The notes under the pieces were generated by a model. That model made no database searches and was not told where the DNA came from. It saw nothing but the letters and a program-made list of their open reading frames with translations. From assembly GCA_031290985.1 (NCBI GenBank), contig JARLJW010000094.1:2368-66367 (forward strand): DNA of 64,000 nt. Direction: 5' to 3'. Made by a program: the position numbers and the translations under genes. Origin of the DNA: Verrucomicrobiia bacterium. Its GTDB lineage: Bacteria > Verrucomicrobiota > Verrucomicrobiia > Limisphaerales > UBA11358. Shown here one piece after another: positions 18,332 to 27,895 of the stretch (positions are counted from its first letter, which is position 1; each line of letters opens with the position of its first letter).

Positions 18332-20146
18332 ATGACCGCGCGGCGCAATATTCTTGGTTTATCGGCGTATTACCATGATTCGGCCGCCGCGCTGGTGATG
18401 GATGGCAAAATCATTTCCGCCGCGCAGGAAGAACGGTTTACGCGCAAAAAGAACGATTCCGACTTCCCGCGCCACGCCGCCCAATTTTGCCTCCGGCACG
18501 CGAACCTCCCGCTGGCACAATTGGACGCCGTGGTTTTTTACGACAAACCCATTTCAAAATTCGCGCGGCTGCTGGAAACGTATCTCGCCGTCGCGCCCGG
18601 CGGCTGGCGCACCTTTCCCACCGTGCTGTCCAACTGGCTGGGCGGGAAGCTGGATTTGCGCAAAGCGATTCTTGCGGAACTGCCCGGATTGCGGGCCGGC
18701 TGCGAAATCCTGTTCACCGGACACCACCAAGCGCACGCGGCCAGCGCATTTTATCCATCGCCTTTTGATGCGGCGGCCATTTTGACAATTGACGGTGTCG
18801 GAGAATGGGCGACCACGACCATCGGTCATGGCACCGGCAACCAAATCAAGCTGCTGAAAGAGCTGCGCTTCCCACATTCGCTTGGGCTCGTTTATTCGGC
18901 CTTCACTGATTACTGCGGCTTCCGCATCAATTCCGGCGAATACAAGCTCATGGGCCTCGCGCCGTACGGGGAACCAAAATACGCCGGCGCCATCCGGCGT
19001 GAACTGCTGGACATCAAGCCGGACGGCTCGTTCTGGCTGAACCTGGACTATTTCAATTTTTTAAGCGGCACAACGATGACCAACCGGCGTTTTCATGAAT
19101 TGTTCGGTGGACCGCCCCGCGGGCCGGAGGAAAAAATTGAACCGCGTCATATGGACGTGGCGCGTTCGATCCAATTGGTTACGGAGGAAATCATGCTGCT
19201 CCTCGCACGCCACGCCCGGGAAGTCACCGGCCAGAAGAACCTCTGCCTGGCCGGCGGCGTGGCGCTCAACTGCGTGGCGAACGGAATCATTTTGCGCGAA
19301 AAGATTTTTGAAAACATCTGGATCCAGCCCGCCGCCGGCGATGCCGGCGGTGCGCTCGGCGCTGCGCTGGCGGCGTGGCATGTTGAAAATCCGCGGATTG
19401 CCCTCCGGCCAGATTCCATGCAGGCGTCCTTGCTCGGCCCGGAATTTCCCAATGATGAAATTGAGGCGCTGCTGCGTTCACACCATGCCATTTTCCACAA
19501 ACTGGAAAAAGATGCGCTGCTGGCTGCCACCGTTGAGCTTTTGAAGACGGAAAAAGTCATCGGTTGGTTTCAAGGACGGATGGAATTCGGCCCGCGTGCG
19601 CTTGGCAACCGCTCCATTCTCGGCGACGCGCGTTCAACCAAGATGCAGTCGGTCATGAACATGAAGGTGAAATTTCGGGAATCGTTCCGGCCTTTCGCGC
19701 CGATTGTCCGGCGGGAGCGCGTGGCGGATTATTTTGAAATGCATGTGGCATCGCCTTACATGCTGCTGGTGGCACCGGTCAGAAAGGAATTGTGCCGGCC
19801 GGTTCCCCCGGAAATTCAGGGGCTGGATCGCCTCAAGGGCGTCCGCTCCATCCTGCCGGCAATCACGCATGTGGACTATTCGGCCCGGATTCAAACCGTG
19901 GAGCGCGAAAGCAACCCCCTCCTTTACGAATTGCTGCTGGCCTTTGAGGAAGCAACCGGCTGCGGCGTGCTGGTCAATACGTCATTCAATGTGCGCGGGG
20001 AGCCGGTTGTTTGCACACCTGACGACGCGTATCGTTGTTTCATGAACACGGAGATGGATTACCTTGTCATGGGCAATTATCTCATCCCGCGCACCGGGCA
20101 ACCACGGCAAAACATTCCGCGCCGAATTCTGCCGCAAACCGATTGA
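18332..20146 (+). CDS. Carbamoyltransferase (NodU/CmcH family)
   Basis: N-terminus ILGLSAYYHDSAAALVMDGKIISAAQEERFTRKKND, 604 aa, with a C-terminal VLVNTSFNVRGEPVVCTP motif. Confidence 0.9.
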   Translation: MTARRNILGLSAYYHDSAAALVMDGKIISAAQEERFTRKKNDSDFPRHAAQFCLRHANLPLAQLDAVVFYDKPISKFARLLETYLAVAPGGWRTFPTVLSNWLGGKLDLRKAILAELPGLRAGCEILFTGHHQAHAASAFYPSPFDAAAILTIDGVGEWATTTIGHGTGNQIKLLKELRFPHSLGLVYSAFTDYCGFRINSGEYKLMGLAPYGEPKYAGAIRRELLDIKPDGSFWLNLDYFNFLSGTTMTNRRFHELFGGPPRGPEEKIEPRHMDVARSIQLVTEEIMLLLARHAREVTGQKNLCLAGGVALNCVANGIILREKIFENIWIQPAAGDAGGALGAALAAWHVENPRIALRPDSMQASLLGPEFPNDEIEALLRSHHAIFHKLEKDALLAATVELLKTEKVIGWFQGRMEFGPRALGNRSILGDARSTKMQSVMNMKVKFRESFRPFAPIVRRERVADYFEMHVASPYMLLVAPVRKELCRPVPPEIQGLDRLKGVRSILPAITHVDYSARIQTVERESNPLLYELLLAFEEATGCGVLVNTSFNVRGEPVVCTPDDAYRCFMNTEMDYLVMGNYLIPRTGQPRQNIPRRILPQTD

Positions 20147-20147
20147 G

Positions 20148-20549
20148 ATGAAATTGATTTACCAAGAAGCACCTGGAGAATGGCGCAAGTCCGCCTTGCT
20201 GGCCGGGTTGGGGCTGGAGCTGTTGGCTTCGCTGCTGCACTGGCGGCGGCATCTGTCGTCAGGCGGCTGGTCGTTTATGGCCCTGCTGGTCATCGCGATG
20301 GTGATCGCCGCCATGCTTCGGCCGCGCTGGTTCCGCGGTTGGTATCGGCTTTCATTGTGGCTCGGCTTTCATTCGAGCCAGTTCGTGGGACGCTGCGTGC
20401 TGCTGCTTTTCTTTATTTTCATCATCACGCCACTTGGACGTTTAATGCGCCTGGGCGGCAAGGATTTATTGCGGCTCAAACGCGCGCGCGATGCCCGGAC
20501 CTATTGGCATATGTCCAAAGACAGCAGCCCGCTGGATCGTCTGTTTTAA
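20148..20549 (+). CDS. SxtJ-like membrane protein
   Basis: ATG lies 1 nt after the carbamoyltransferase stop. Sequence MKLIYQEAPGEWRKSALLAG...LLFFIFIITPLGRLMRLGGKDLLRLK resembles the SxtJ family usually found next to carbamoyltransferases. Confidence 0.65.
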   Translation: MKLIYQEAPGEWRKSALLAGLGLELLASLLHWRRHLSSGGWSFMALLVIAMVIAAMLRPRWFRGWYRLSLWLGFHSSQFVGRCVLLLFFIFIITPLGRLMRLGGKDLLRLKRARDARTYWHMSKDSSPLDRLF

Positions 20550-20595
20550 CAACCGGACCTTTTGAAATTGCGCGCCCCATTCCAAAACTGAAAAA

Positions 20596-20622
20596 ACGGC
20601 CGGAGCTTCCCGCTCCGGCCGT
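20596..20622. terminator. Bidirectional intrinsic terminator between convergent genes
   Basis: 11-bp stem ACGGCCGGAGC / GCTCCGGCCGT with loop TTCCC, flanked by AAAAAA on the left and TTTGT on the right. Confidence 0.6.
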
Positions 20623-20659
20623 TTGTCATATTAACCTGCAACGCTTCAACCGCCACCCG

Positions 20660-23600
20660 TCAAGGAACCCGAAGTCTGAAGAACTTGGTGGAGTTGGTCG
20701 CCGGAACGGTGTATCCCGGAACCGCGGCGCTGTTGGTGGTCCACGGACCGAGCAAGTTGGTTGACTCCAAAAGCGTTCCGGTCTGCCAGTTAAGAATGAC
20801 ATTGGATCCAGAGCGTGTGATCGCTATGGTTTGAGCACCGGGAATCCACTGACCATTGTAAATCCCATTTACCTGGGCGGCATTTAAGGACTGGGCAAAG
20901 ACAGCCGCATTGGCAATGTAGGCGGGCAGGAAGCGGTCTCCATAATCAGGCGAACCGCCAATCCACGCATCCAGGCCATTGCCGGCGGGAGCCGTTGCCA
21001 CCGTGTTGCTGGCCACCAGCGCGCCGTCCACATAAAGTCGGCCATTACCACTTTGACCAGGCATGCCCGTATAGGTGTAAGCCACCATGTGCCAGTTGCC
21101 ATCATTGATGCCAGGCTTGGCAATCGGATCGGTCGCGTCCGGCAGACCCGGACCATCGTTGCCACCTGATTGTCCATTCCCATTAATGGTCATGCGCCAG
21201 GAAGCATCACCATGACCAAACAGACCACCAAATGTTGGCGCGGACAACACATTGACCCAGGCCACCACGGTGACAGCGCCCGTGATGTTAAATGGCGTTC
21301 CCGGAATATAAACATGACCCGATGCCCCATCAAACGCGGCCGAGGTGGCACCGCTAAAAAATGGATTGGGGGGTCCCGTCTGGCCCAGCACATAATTATT
21401 CGTATAGGTGCCGTTATGACCACCGATCAGGTCATAAGCAACCGTGCCACTGGATTCATTTAATGGCCAGTAGCCAATTGGATTGCCTGACAGCATGACT
21501 TGCTGGTAGGTGGTCGGCGCAGCCACGGTGAGACTTAGCGCCGAACTGGTGGCCGTTCCAACATGATTGCTGACCACACAGACATAACTGCCGGCGTTGC
21601 CCAATTGCAGGTTGGGCACCGTGAGCACCGGGGAGGAAGATACGCTGATCGGTGTCGGCCCGGCATTCGTAAACCAGAAGTAGGTAAACGGCGCATCACC
21701 AATGGCAGCCACGCTGGCTTGCAAAGTCCCGCCAACCAGCAATGTCAGCGAAGCAACCGGCTCTTGGGTGATTACGGGTCCGCTCGCCGCCACGGTCATG
21801 GTTGAACTGGTTCCGGTAATTCCATCGAATGTGGCGCTGATGGTAGCCGTGCCATGGGCGATGGCAGTAACCACTCCATTGCTGTTCACCGTAACAGCAC
21901 TAGGATTGCTGCTTACCCAGTTGGTTGCCAAAGCCGTGACCGATACGCCGGAGACCTGGTCAAAATTAACGCTAACCGACGCCTGCTGTACTTGACCGAT
22001 GATCACGCTGGTATTGACGGAAACATTCACCGCCTGCGGTGTGGTGTTCGTCACCACCACCCCGGGGCCGGCCGCCGCGCTGACCAGTTCATACAGCGGT
22101 GTCACCGCCCCATCCCAGATGCGCATTTCATCATAGGTGCCGTTGAATATGGGATCGTTCCACTGGTCAAGCCCCAGGAAGTTGTTGTACGTGAAGCCCA
22201 AAGCAGCTGGCGTATACGTAATGTTTGTGGCCGTCGCCACCTGAACACCGTTCAAATAAAGCCGGGCGGTCTTGTCCCACACTTGGTAGGTCACCGTGAC
22301 GTATTCCTCCGTGCCGGTCGGCAAAGGTGCGGTCACACCATCGGTTATGCCGAAATGCTCGAACTCCATCCACATTCCGCCGCTGCCGCCGGCAGTAGGA
22401 ATCAAATCAATATAGTTTCCATGAAGAAAATTGTTGTTGGGGCCAGTGGTATAACCACCAAACGACCACGGACGAGCCCACGTCAGCCCGGCGTTGTCCG
22501 TAAACCACGTCTCAATCGTTATCGAATTGCTGTAGGTGGACAATATGCCATTGGGGAACTGCGCATAGTTCCCGGCACCACCCGGCAGGGTCAACACCCC
22601 ACTCCCAAGCGATGTCCCGCCCAGCAGGGTAATATTCGAACTCGAAATCGAGTCAAACGCCGTCGTGCCACCGCTCTCGTTGAAGGACCACTCGTTGCGC
22701 AAAATCGGAGGAACCACGGTCACCACCACCGGCACGTTTGTCCTCCCGGCACTGTTGGTGATCAACAAACTGTACGTCCCGGATTGCGTCAATTGCAGGT
22801 TCGTCAACGTCAGCGTCGGGCTGGTCGCCCCGCTGATTGGCCCGCTGTTAAAACTCCATTGATAGACCAGCGCCCCGCCATACGCCCCCACGCTCAACGT
22901 CGCGTTCTCGCCCACCACCACCGTCACATTGGACAAAACGTTTGTCGGCGTCGGTTGCGTCGGGGCCACGGTGATCAGTGCGCTCGTTCCCATTATGCCA
23001 TTGAACGTGGCGCTCACTGTCGCGCTGCCGCCGCTGACGCCGGTGATCAGGCCGTTGGCATCCACCGTCAGGACGCTGGGATTGCTGCTCGTCCAGTTCG
23101 TCGCCAATGTGTTCAACCCGACTCCGCTTGCTTGGATGAAGTTACCCGTCACCATCGCCTGCTCCGACTGCGAAAGCACCAGGCTGGTGCCGGCCGTCAC
23201 CATCACCGCCGATTGCAGCGTGGTATTTGTCACCACCACCCCGGGGCCGGCCGCCGCCGCGACCAAGGCGTATATCGGAGCGGCCGCTCCATCCCAGATG
23301 CGCATTTCATTATACGTGCCGTTGAAAATGGTGTCGTCGTACTGGTCAAGCCCCAGGAAGTTGTTATAGGTAAATCCCAGATCGGACGGCGCAAACGTGA
23401 TATTCGTAGCCAGCGCCACTTGCACGCCGTTCAGATAAAGCCGGGCGGTCTGATCCCATGCTTGATAGGTCACAGTGACACATTCCTGGGTGCCGGTCGG
23501 CAAAGGCGTGGCCACATGAGCATCCGTGTTGCCATTATGGTTGAACTCCGCCCACATGCCACCATTGAGACCGTTGGCGTTGCCGGCCGTGGGAATCAGG

Positions 23601-26194
23601 TCAATGTAGTTGCCATGACTGAAGTTGTTGTTCGTACCCGTGGTATAACCGCCGAAGGACCAGGGACGCGCCCACGTCAGCCCGCCGTTGTCCGTAAACC
23701 ACGTCTCGATGGTTATCGAACTGAAAGTCGAAAGAATGCCGTTGGGGAACTGCGCATAGTTCCCGGCACCACCCGGCAGGTTCAACACCCCTCCGCCCAG
23801 CGAACAGCTGCCCGACAACGTAATGTTGGAAGCCGAGATCGCGTCAACCGCCGTCGTGCCGCCGCTCTCGTTGAAGGACCATTCGTTGCGCAAAATCGGA
23901 AGCGGCACCACCGTCACCACCGCCGAGAGGTTGGTGCTCCCGAAACTATTGGTGATTAACAGGCTGTAGGTTCCGGTTTGTGATATTTGAATGTTTGTCA
24001 GCGTCAGTGTCGAGTTGGTTGCCCCGCTGATCGGCGCGCTGTTATAACTCCATTGATAGACCAGTGATCCGCCATATGCCCCCACGCGCAACACCAAGTT
24101 ATCCCCCTTCACCGTCGTCACATTACTCAAAGTGTTTGTGGGTGTCGGCTGCGTCGATGCCACCGTAACCGTCGCGCTCGTTCCCGTTACGCCATAGACC
24201 GTGGCGCTCACCGTGGCGCTGCCGCCGCTGACTCCGGTGATCAGACCGTTGGCATCCACCGTCAGGACACCGGGATTGCTGCTCGTCCAGTTTGTCGCCA
24301 CGGTGGTCAGGCTGAGTCCACTCGCTTGAATAAAGTTAACCGTCACCGATGCCTGCTCCGTCTGCGAGCCCAACAGGCTGGTGCCGGCGGTCACCGCCAC
24401 CGTTTGCGGCGTTGTATTCGTCACCACCACGCCCGGACCGGCCGCGGCCGCGACCAGCAGATACGCCGGAGTCACCGCCCCATCCCAAATGCGCATTTCA
24501 TCAAATGTGCCATGAAAGGGGGAATCGTTCCACTGGTCCAGACCAATGAAATTATTCATCGCATTGCCCAAAGTTGCTGGACTGATGACGATCCCGCTCA
24601 CTGTCGCCGCCAGCACCCCGTTGACATACTCGGTGTAGGTCTGATTTTGAGCATTGTAAGTCACGACAACATATTGCTCACTTCCTGTCGGCAGCTGTGC
24701 CGGGCCTTCTACATCGTTATTTGAATTGTGGGGGATATCCGCCTTGACCTCAGTCCACAAATGACCGTTGCCCGCCGTAGGTATCAAGTCAATGTAGTTG
24801 CCGGCCTGAGGGCCGATAAAGTCAAGCGGCGCGGCCACACTGCCACCGAAAGACCAGGCACGTGACCATGTTTTTCCCTCGTTGTCCGTCAACCATGTCT
24901 CAATCGTAATCGAATTATTGGAAGCCACTATCCCGTTCGGAAAGGTCGCATAGCTTCCGCCGCTGCCCGGCAGCGTCAGAACCCCCCCACCCAGGCTGGT
25001 CCCTCCCTGCAACGTCACATTGGCCCCGCCAACTGAATCGGCTGCCGTGGTGCCACCGCTTTCGTTGAATGACCACTCATGCTGAAGAGTCTGCCTCGTG
25101 ACCGTGATGCTCCCGCTGGTGACGGTCGTGCCGGCGATGGTGGCACTGACGGTGGCTGTGCCCAGACCCACCGCGTTGATCACACCATTGCTGCTGACCG
25201 TCAAAACACCCGTGTTGCCGCTCACCCAGTTCGTGGCATCCGCCGTCGCCAGCAAATCGGCCGTCCCCGTCTGCGGAAGCCGCACCGTGAGCACCGCCTG
25301 CTCCGTTTCCGTCAGCGGGATGGACGCCCCCGCAGTCAAGCTGGGTGAGCTCGGAGTCAAATCAGTTATGACAACGTCCGGCCCGGCCACCAAGCTGGCC
25401 GAGATATACCGCTGGGAAACCGCGCCATTCCAGATCCGCAATTCATTAATTGCGCCATTAAAAGGGATGTCGTTATACTGATCGCGCCCCAGTATGTTGT
25501 ATTTCGTAAATCCCAAGTCGGACGGTTTAAAGCCCACGTAAGTTTGTCCCACCTGCACACCATTAAAATAAAGCCGCGCCGTCTGGGATGGACCGTCATA
25601 AACGACGGTGGCATACACCGGAGCCCCAGCCTTCACCGGCGTCCTGTCCATGTCCGAGGTGTTCGCCGGAAACGTCTCAGCCGCATCCCGCGAGCCGCTG
25701 CCATGGTTGAATTCCGCCCAAAAACCTCCGTGGATACCACCGGAATCCAGAGCCTCCGGTATCAAGTCAATATAGTTGTTATTATCAGTTGCAAACGTGC
25801 TGGTGCTGCCACCGATCGTAAATAAACGCGCCCAGGTGTGGGCACTATTCTCCGTGAACCACGTTTCAATGGTCATCGACCCGGTAAAAGTTGAAAGTAT
25901 CCCGTCGGGTAATTGCGCGTAATCGCCGCTCCCGCCCGGCAAGGTCAGAGATCCACCGCCCAGTGACGCGCCCCCCGCCAGCGTGATGTTGGAGCTGGAG
26001 ATCGAATCAATCGCGGTGCCGCCACCGCTTTCATTAAACGACCACTCGTTTACAAGTGTCTGCGCCACCAGCAAGCCGGGCAGGCTGAATATAAACAGCG
26101 TGAAAATCATCAGGCATTTCAATGCTGCGCGGGCCGGTCCATATCGCAATAAGTTCATGGTTATATTTGGCGTTGCGGCTTTTGTCGGTTTCAT
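20660..26194 (-). CDS. Giant secreted LamG (Laminin_G_3) / Big_2 / Ig-like array protein, 1844 aa
   Basis: Signal peptide CLMIFTLFIFSLPGLLVAQT. Five LamG units start with (N/H)EWSFNESGG (the fifth diverges: WPLNESSGT). Four Big_2-like units carry ATNW(T/V)SSNP(G/S)VLTV. Three Ig-like units carry GTYSLLITNS or GSYVCVVSNHVG. The C-terminus is ...STKFFRLRVP. Confidence 0.85.
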   Translation of the reverse strand: MKPTKAATPNITMNLLRYGPARAALKCLMIFTLFIFSLPGLLVAQTLVNEWSFNESGGGTAIDSISSSNITLAGGASLGGGSLTLPGGSGDYAQLPDGILSTFTGSMTIETWFTENSAHTWARLFTIGGSTSTFATDNNNYIDLIPEALDSGGIHGGFWAEFNHGSGSRDAAETFPANTSDMDRTPVKAGAPVYATVVYDGPSQTARLYFNGVQVGQTYVGFKPSDLGFTKYNILGRDQYNDIPFNGAINELRIWNGAVSQRYISASLVAGPDVVITDLTPSSPSLTAGASIPLTETEQAVLTVRLPQTGTADLLATADATNWVSGNTGVLTVSSNGVINAVGLGTATVSATIAGTTVTSGSITVTRQTLQHEWSFNESGGTTAADSVGGANVTLQGGTSLGGGVLTLPGSGGSYATFPNGIVASNNSITIETWLTDNEGKTWSRAWSFGGSVAAPLDFIGPQAGNYIDLIPTAGNGHLWTEVKADIPHNSNNDVEGPAQLPTGSEQYVVVTYNAQNQTYTEYVNGVLAATVSGIVISPATLGNAMNNFIGLDQWNDSPFHGTFDEMRIWDGAVTPAYLLVAAAAGPGVVVTNTTPQTVAVTAGTSLLGSQTEQASVTVNFIQASGLSLTTVATNWTSSNPGVLTVDANGLITGVSGGSATVSATVYGVTGTSATVTVASTQPTPTNTLSNVTTVKGDNLVLRVGAYGGSLVYQWSYNSAPISGATNSTLTLTNIQISQTGTYSLLITNSFGSTNLSAVVTVVPLPILRNEWSFNESGGTTAVDAISASNITLSGSCSLGGGVLNLPGGAGNYAQFPNGILSTFSSITIETWFTDNGGLTWARPWSFGGYTTGTNNNFSHGNYIDLIPTAGNANGLNGGMWAEFNHNGNTDAHVATPLPTGTQECVTVTYQAWDQTARLYLNGVQVALATNITFAPSDLGFTYNNFLGLDQYDDTIFNGTYNEMRIWDGAAAPIYALVAAAAGPGVVVTNTTLQSAVMVTAGTSLVLSQSEQAMVTGNFIQASGVGLNTLATNWTSSNPSVLTVDANGLITGVSGGSATVSATFNGIMGTSALITVAPTQPTPTNVLSNVTVVVGENATLSVGAYGGALVYQWSFNSGPISGATSPTLTLTNLQLTQSGTYSLLITNSAGRTNVPVVVTVVPPILRNEWSFNESGGTTAFDSISSSNITLLGGTSLGSGVLTLPGGAGNYAQFPNGILSTYSNSITIETWFTDNAGLTWARPWSFGGYTTGPNNNFLHGNYIDLIPTAGGSGGMWMEFEHFGITDGVTAPLPTGTEEYVTVTYQVWDKTARLYLNGVQVATATNITYTPAALGFTYNNFLGLDQWNDPIFNGTYDEMRIWDGAVTPLYELVSAAAGPGVVVTNTTPQAVNVSVNTSVIIGQVQQASVSVNFDQVSGVSVTALATNWVSSNPSAVTVNSNGVVTAIAHGTATISATFDGITGTSSTMTVAASGPVITQEPVASLTLLVGGTLQASVAAIGDAPFTYFWFTNAGPTPISVSSSPVLTVPNLQLGNAGSYVCVVSNHVGTATSSALSLTVAAPTTYQQVMLSGNPIGYWPLNESSGTVAYDLIGGHNGTYTNNYVLGQTGPPNPFFSGATSAAFDGASGHVYIPGTPFNITGAVTVVAWVNVLSAPTFGGLFGHGDASWRMTINGNGQSGGNDGPGLPDATDPIAKPGINDGNWHMVAYTYTGMPGQSGNGRLYVDGALVASNTVATAPAGNGLDAWIGGSPDYGDRFLPAYIANAAVFAQSLNAAQVNGIYNGQWIPGAQTIAITRSGSNVILNWQTGTLLESTNLLGPWTTNSAAVPGYTVPATNSTKFFRLRVP
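21520..25085 (-). repeat. Intragenic tandem repeat, about 1.19-kb unit x3 (LamG-Big_2-Ig module)
   Basis: Example: a 39-nt identical run TTGGGGAACTGCGCATAGTTCCCGGCACCACCCGGCAGG at 22551..22589 and at 23742..23780 (offset 1191 nt). Long similar stretches also link 22930..23280 with 24110..24470. Confidence 0.8.
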
Positions 26195-26432
26195 TGTTTG
26201 AGTTATTTAGGTTCTGGTTATTGCAAGTGGGTGCTTAAGCAGGTGCAAATCTAACTTCCCGCGCACCACCTGGCGCAATGGGCATTTTTTCCGCCACCCC
26301 GCCATCTCCCCGAGATGCTGACTTTTAAACGCATACAAAAACGGTTTTATCGACACTGCCGGACGGCAAGGGCCGTCAGGCGATGGATTCGGTGGTTCAT
26401 GCTGGCATCCTCCCCTACCCTTCTTCGTTTAA

Positions 26433-26461
26433 CCATGAGTTTTGGCGGCTGAATTTTTGAG
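26433..26461. promoter_or_regulatory. Second copy of conserved intergenic box 1 (CCATGAGTTTTGGCGGCTGAATTTTTGAG)
   Basis: See 15336..15364. ATCCTCCC lies at 26407..26414 and box 2 at 26585..26605. A local hairpin TTTTGAGT-N9-ACTCAAAA overlaps the 3' end. Confidence 0.35.
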
Positions 26462-26648
26462 TTTCTTTATTACTCAAAAGCCAAAGAGTTCCACGACGCA
26501 ACCCTTCGTTTCCCCTTTATAAAATGGGCCTGCGCCCATTGCGCGCCAGTTTTAGCCTGGCAAATCACTTGTACGGGCATTGCCTTTTTAAGACTGGTTT
26601 CGCATCAACGGAAGCGTATATTAAAGGGAAATCACCAGCAATTTTCCC

Positions 26649-27836
26649 ATGAACAAGTCGCCTCAAGTCGCTCTGATCATCGAATCATCGGTCAGCTATG
26701 GACGCAATATATTACAGGGCATCGCCCGGTACATGTCATCGCATCACCGCTGGTCAGTGTACTTTGAACAGCATGAATTAGGGGCGGCGCCCCCGGCCTG
26801 GCTGGCTTCCAGCCACTGGGATGGAATTCTGTGCCGGCCGACCGACCCCGTGCTCGCACGACGCTTGAAGCGCATGAAGGTGCCCGTTGTGGATTTGAAT
26901 GATCTTTATGAAAATTTGCAATTTCCGTGGGTCGGTTCAAATCACCGGGCCATCGGCTGCCTGGGTGCCAATCATTTTTTGGAGCGTGGTTTTCACCATT
27001 TTGCCTTTTGTGGCTTTAGCAAGGAACTGTGGGCCGAACAACGACGCGATGGCTTCTGCGCCGTCGTCGGGAAAGAAGGCGCGCCCGTGCCGGTTTACGA
27101 ATCCCCCTGGCGCGGCTCAACGGTCTCCCGTTGGGATCTGGAAATGGAACATATTGGGAAATGGCTGAGCGACCTGCCAAAACCAATCGGAATCATGGCC
27201 TGTAACGATGCCCGGGCTTTGCACCTGCTTGATGCCTGCCACCAGACTGGCATCCTCGTGCCGGAGGAGGTCGCTGTCGTCGGCGTGGATAACGAAGAAA
27301 TATTCTGCGAACTCTGCAATCCCGCGCTGTCAAGTGTGACACCCGACGCCGAGCGCATCGGCTATCATGCGGCGGAATTGCTCGATCAACTCATGTCCGG
27401 TCAGTCACCTCCAAGCCAACGGATTCTGATTGATCCCCTCCACATCGTCACCCGCCGCTCATCGGATACGCTTGCCATCAAAGATCGATCGGTGGCAACC
27501 GCGTTGAGATTCATCAACGAACAGGCGCTTCACGGCTGCACCGTCACGGATGTGATCAATTCTGTTCGAGTCTCACGCAGCTTTTTGGAACGGAAGTTTC
27601 GCCAGCACTTGAAACGTTCTCCACAGGCCGAAATTCGGCGGGTTCAAGGCAGCCGCATCAAACAATTGCTCACCGAAACAAACTTTACTTTGGAAAGAAT
27701 TTCCGAGCTTTCGGGCTTTGAACACCCCGAATACATGAGCGTGGTTTTTAAACGATTGTTTGACCAAACGCCTGGGCAATATCGCAAAAAAATGCGCACC
27801 AATTATCAAGCCCCGCACCTTTCAGGCCAGCGATAG
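26649..27836 (+). CDS. XylR-type transcriptional regulator (periplasmic-binding-protein-like sensor domain plus AraC-family HTH)
   Basis: N-terminus VALIIESSVSYGRNILQGIARY...WDGIL (LacI/PBP-like). C-terminal AraC HTH: ...ISELSGFEHPEYMSVVFKRLFDQTPGQYRK. Confidence 0.85.
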   Translation: MNKSPQVALIIESSVSYGRNILQGIARYMSSHHRWSVYFEQHELGAAPPAWLASSHWDGILCRPTDPVLARRLKRMKVPVVDLNDLYENLQFPWVGSNHRAIGCLGANHFLERGFHHFAFCGFSKELWAEQRRDGFCAVVGKEGAPVPVYESPWRGSTVSRWDLEMEHIGKWLSDLPKPIGIMACNDARALHLLDACHQTGILVPEEVAVVGVDNEEIFCELCNPALSSVTPDAERIGYHAAELLDQLMSGQSPPSQRILIDPLHIVTRRSSDTLAIKDRSVATALRFINEQALHGCTVTDVINSVRVSRSFLERKFRQHLKRSPQAEIRRVQGSRIKQLLTETNFTLERISELSGFEHPEYMSVVFKRLFDQTPGQYRKKMRTNYQAPHLSGQR

Positions 27837-27895
27837 CCAATGAGGAAACAATTTCGATATTCGTCATCCCCCCGTCGCCCTTTGCGTGAGAACAT

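Noticed and set aside
21854-23959. A 701-aa ORF on the plus strand, the second-longest open frame in the region
   Set aside because: It is entirely antisense to the well-supported LamG array gene. Its translation is Arg/His/Gly/Pro-rich low complexity with no motifs. Long stop-free antisense frames are expected in GC-rich repetitive coding DNA.
21520-25085. Regularly spaced repeats that might at first suggest a CRISPR-like or satellite array
   Set aside because: The period is about 1.19 kb and the repeats lie in-frame inside one long ORF encoding LamG/Big_2/Ig domains. There are no short direct repeats with unique spacers anywhere in the window.
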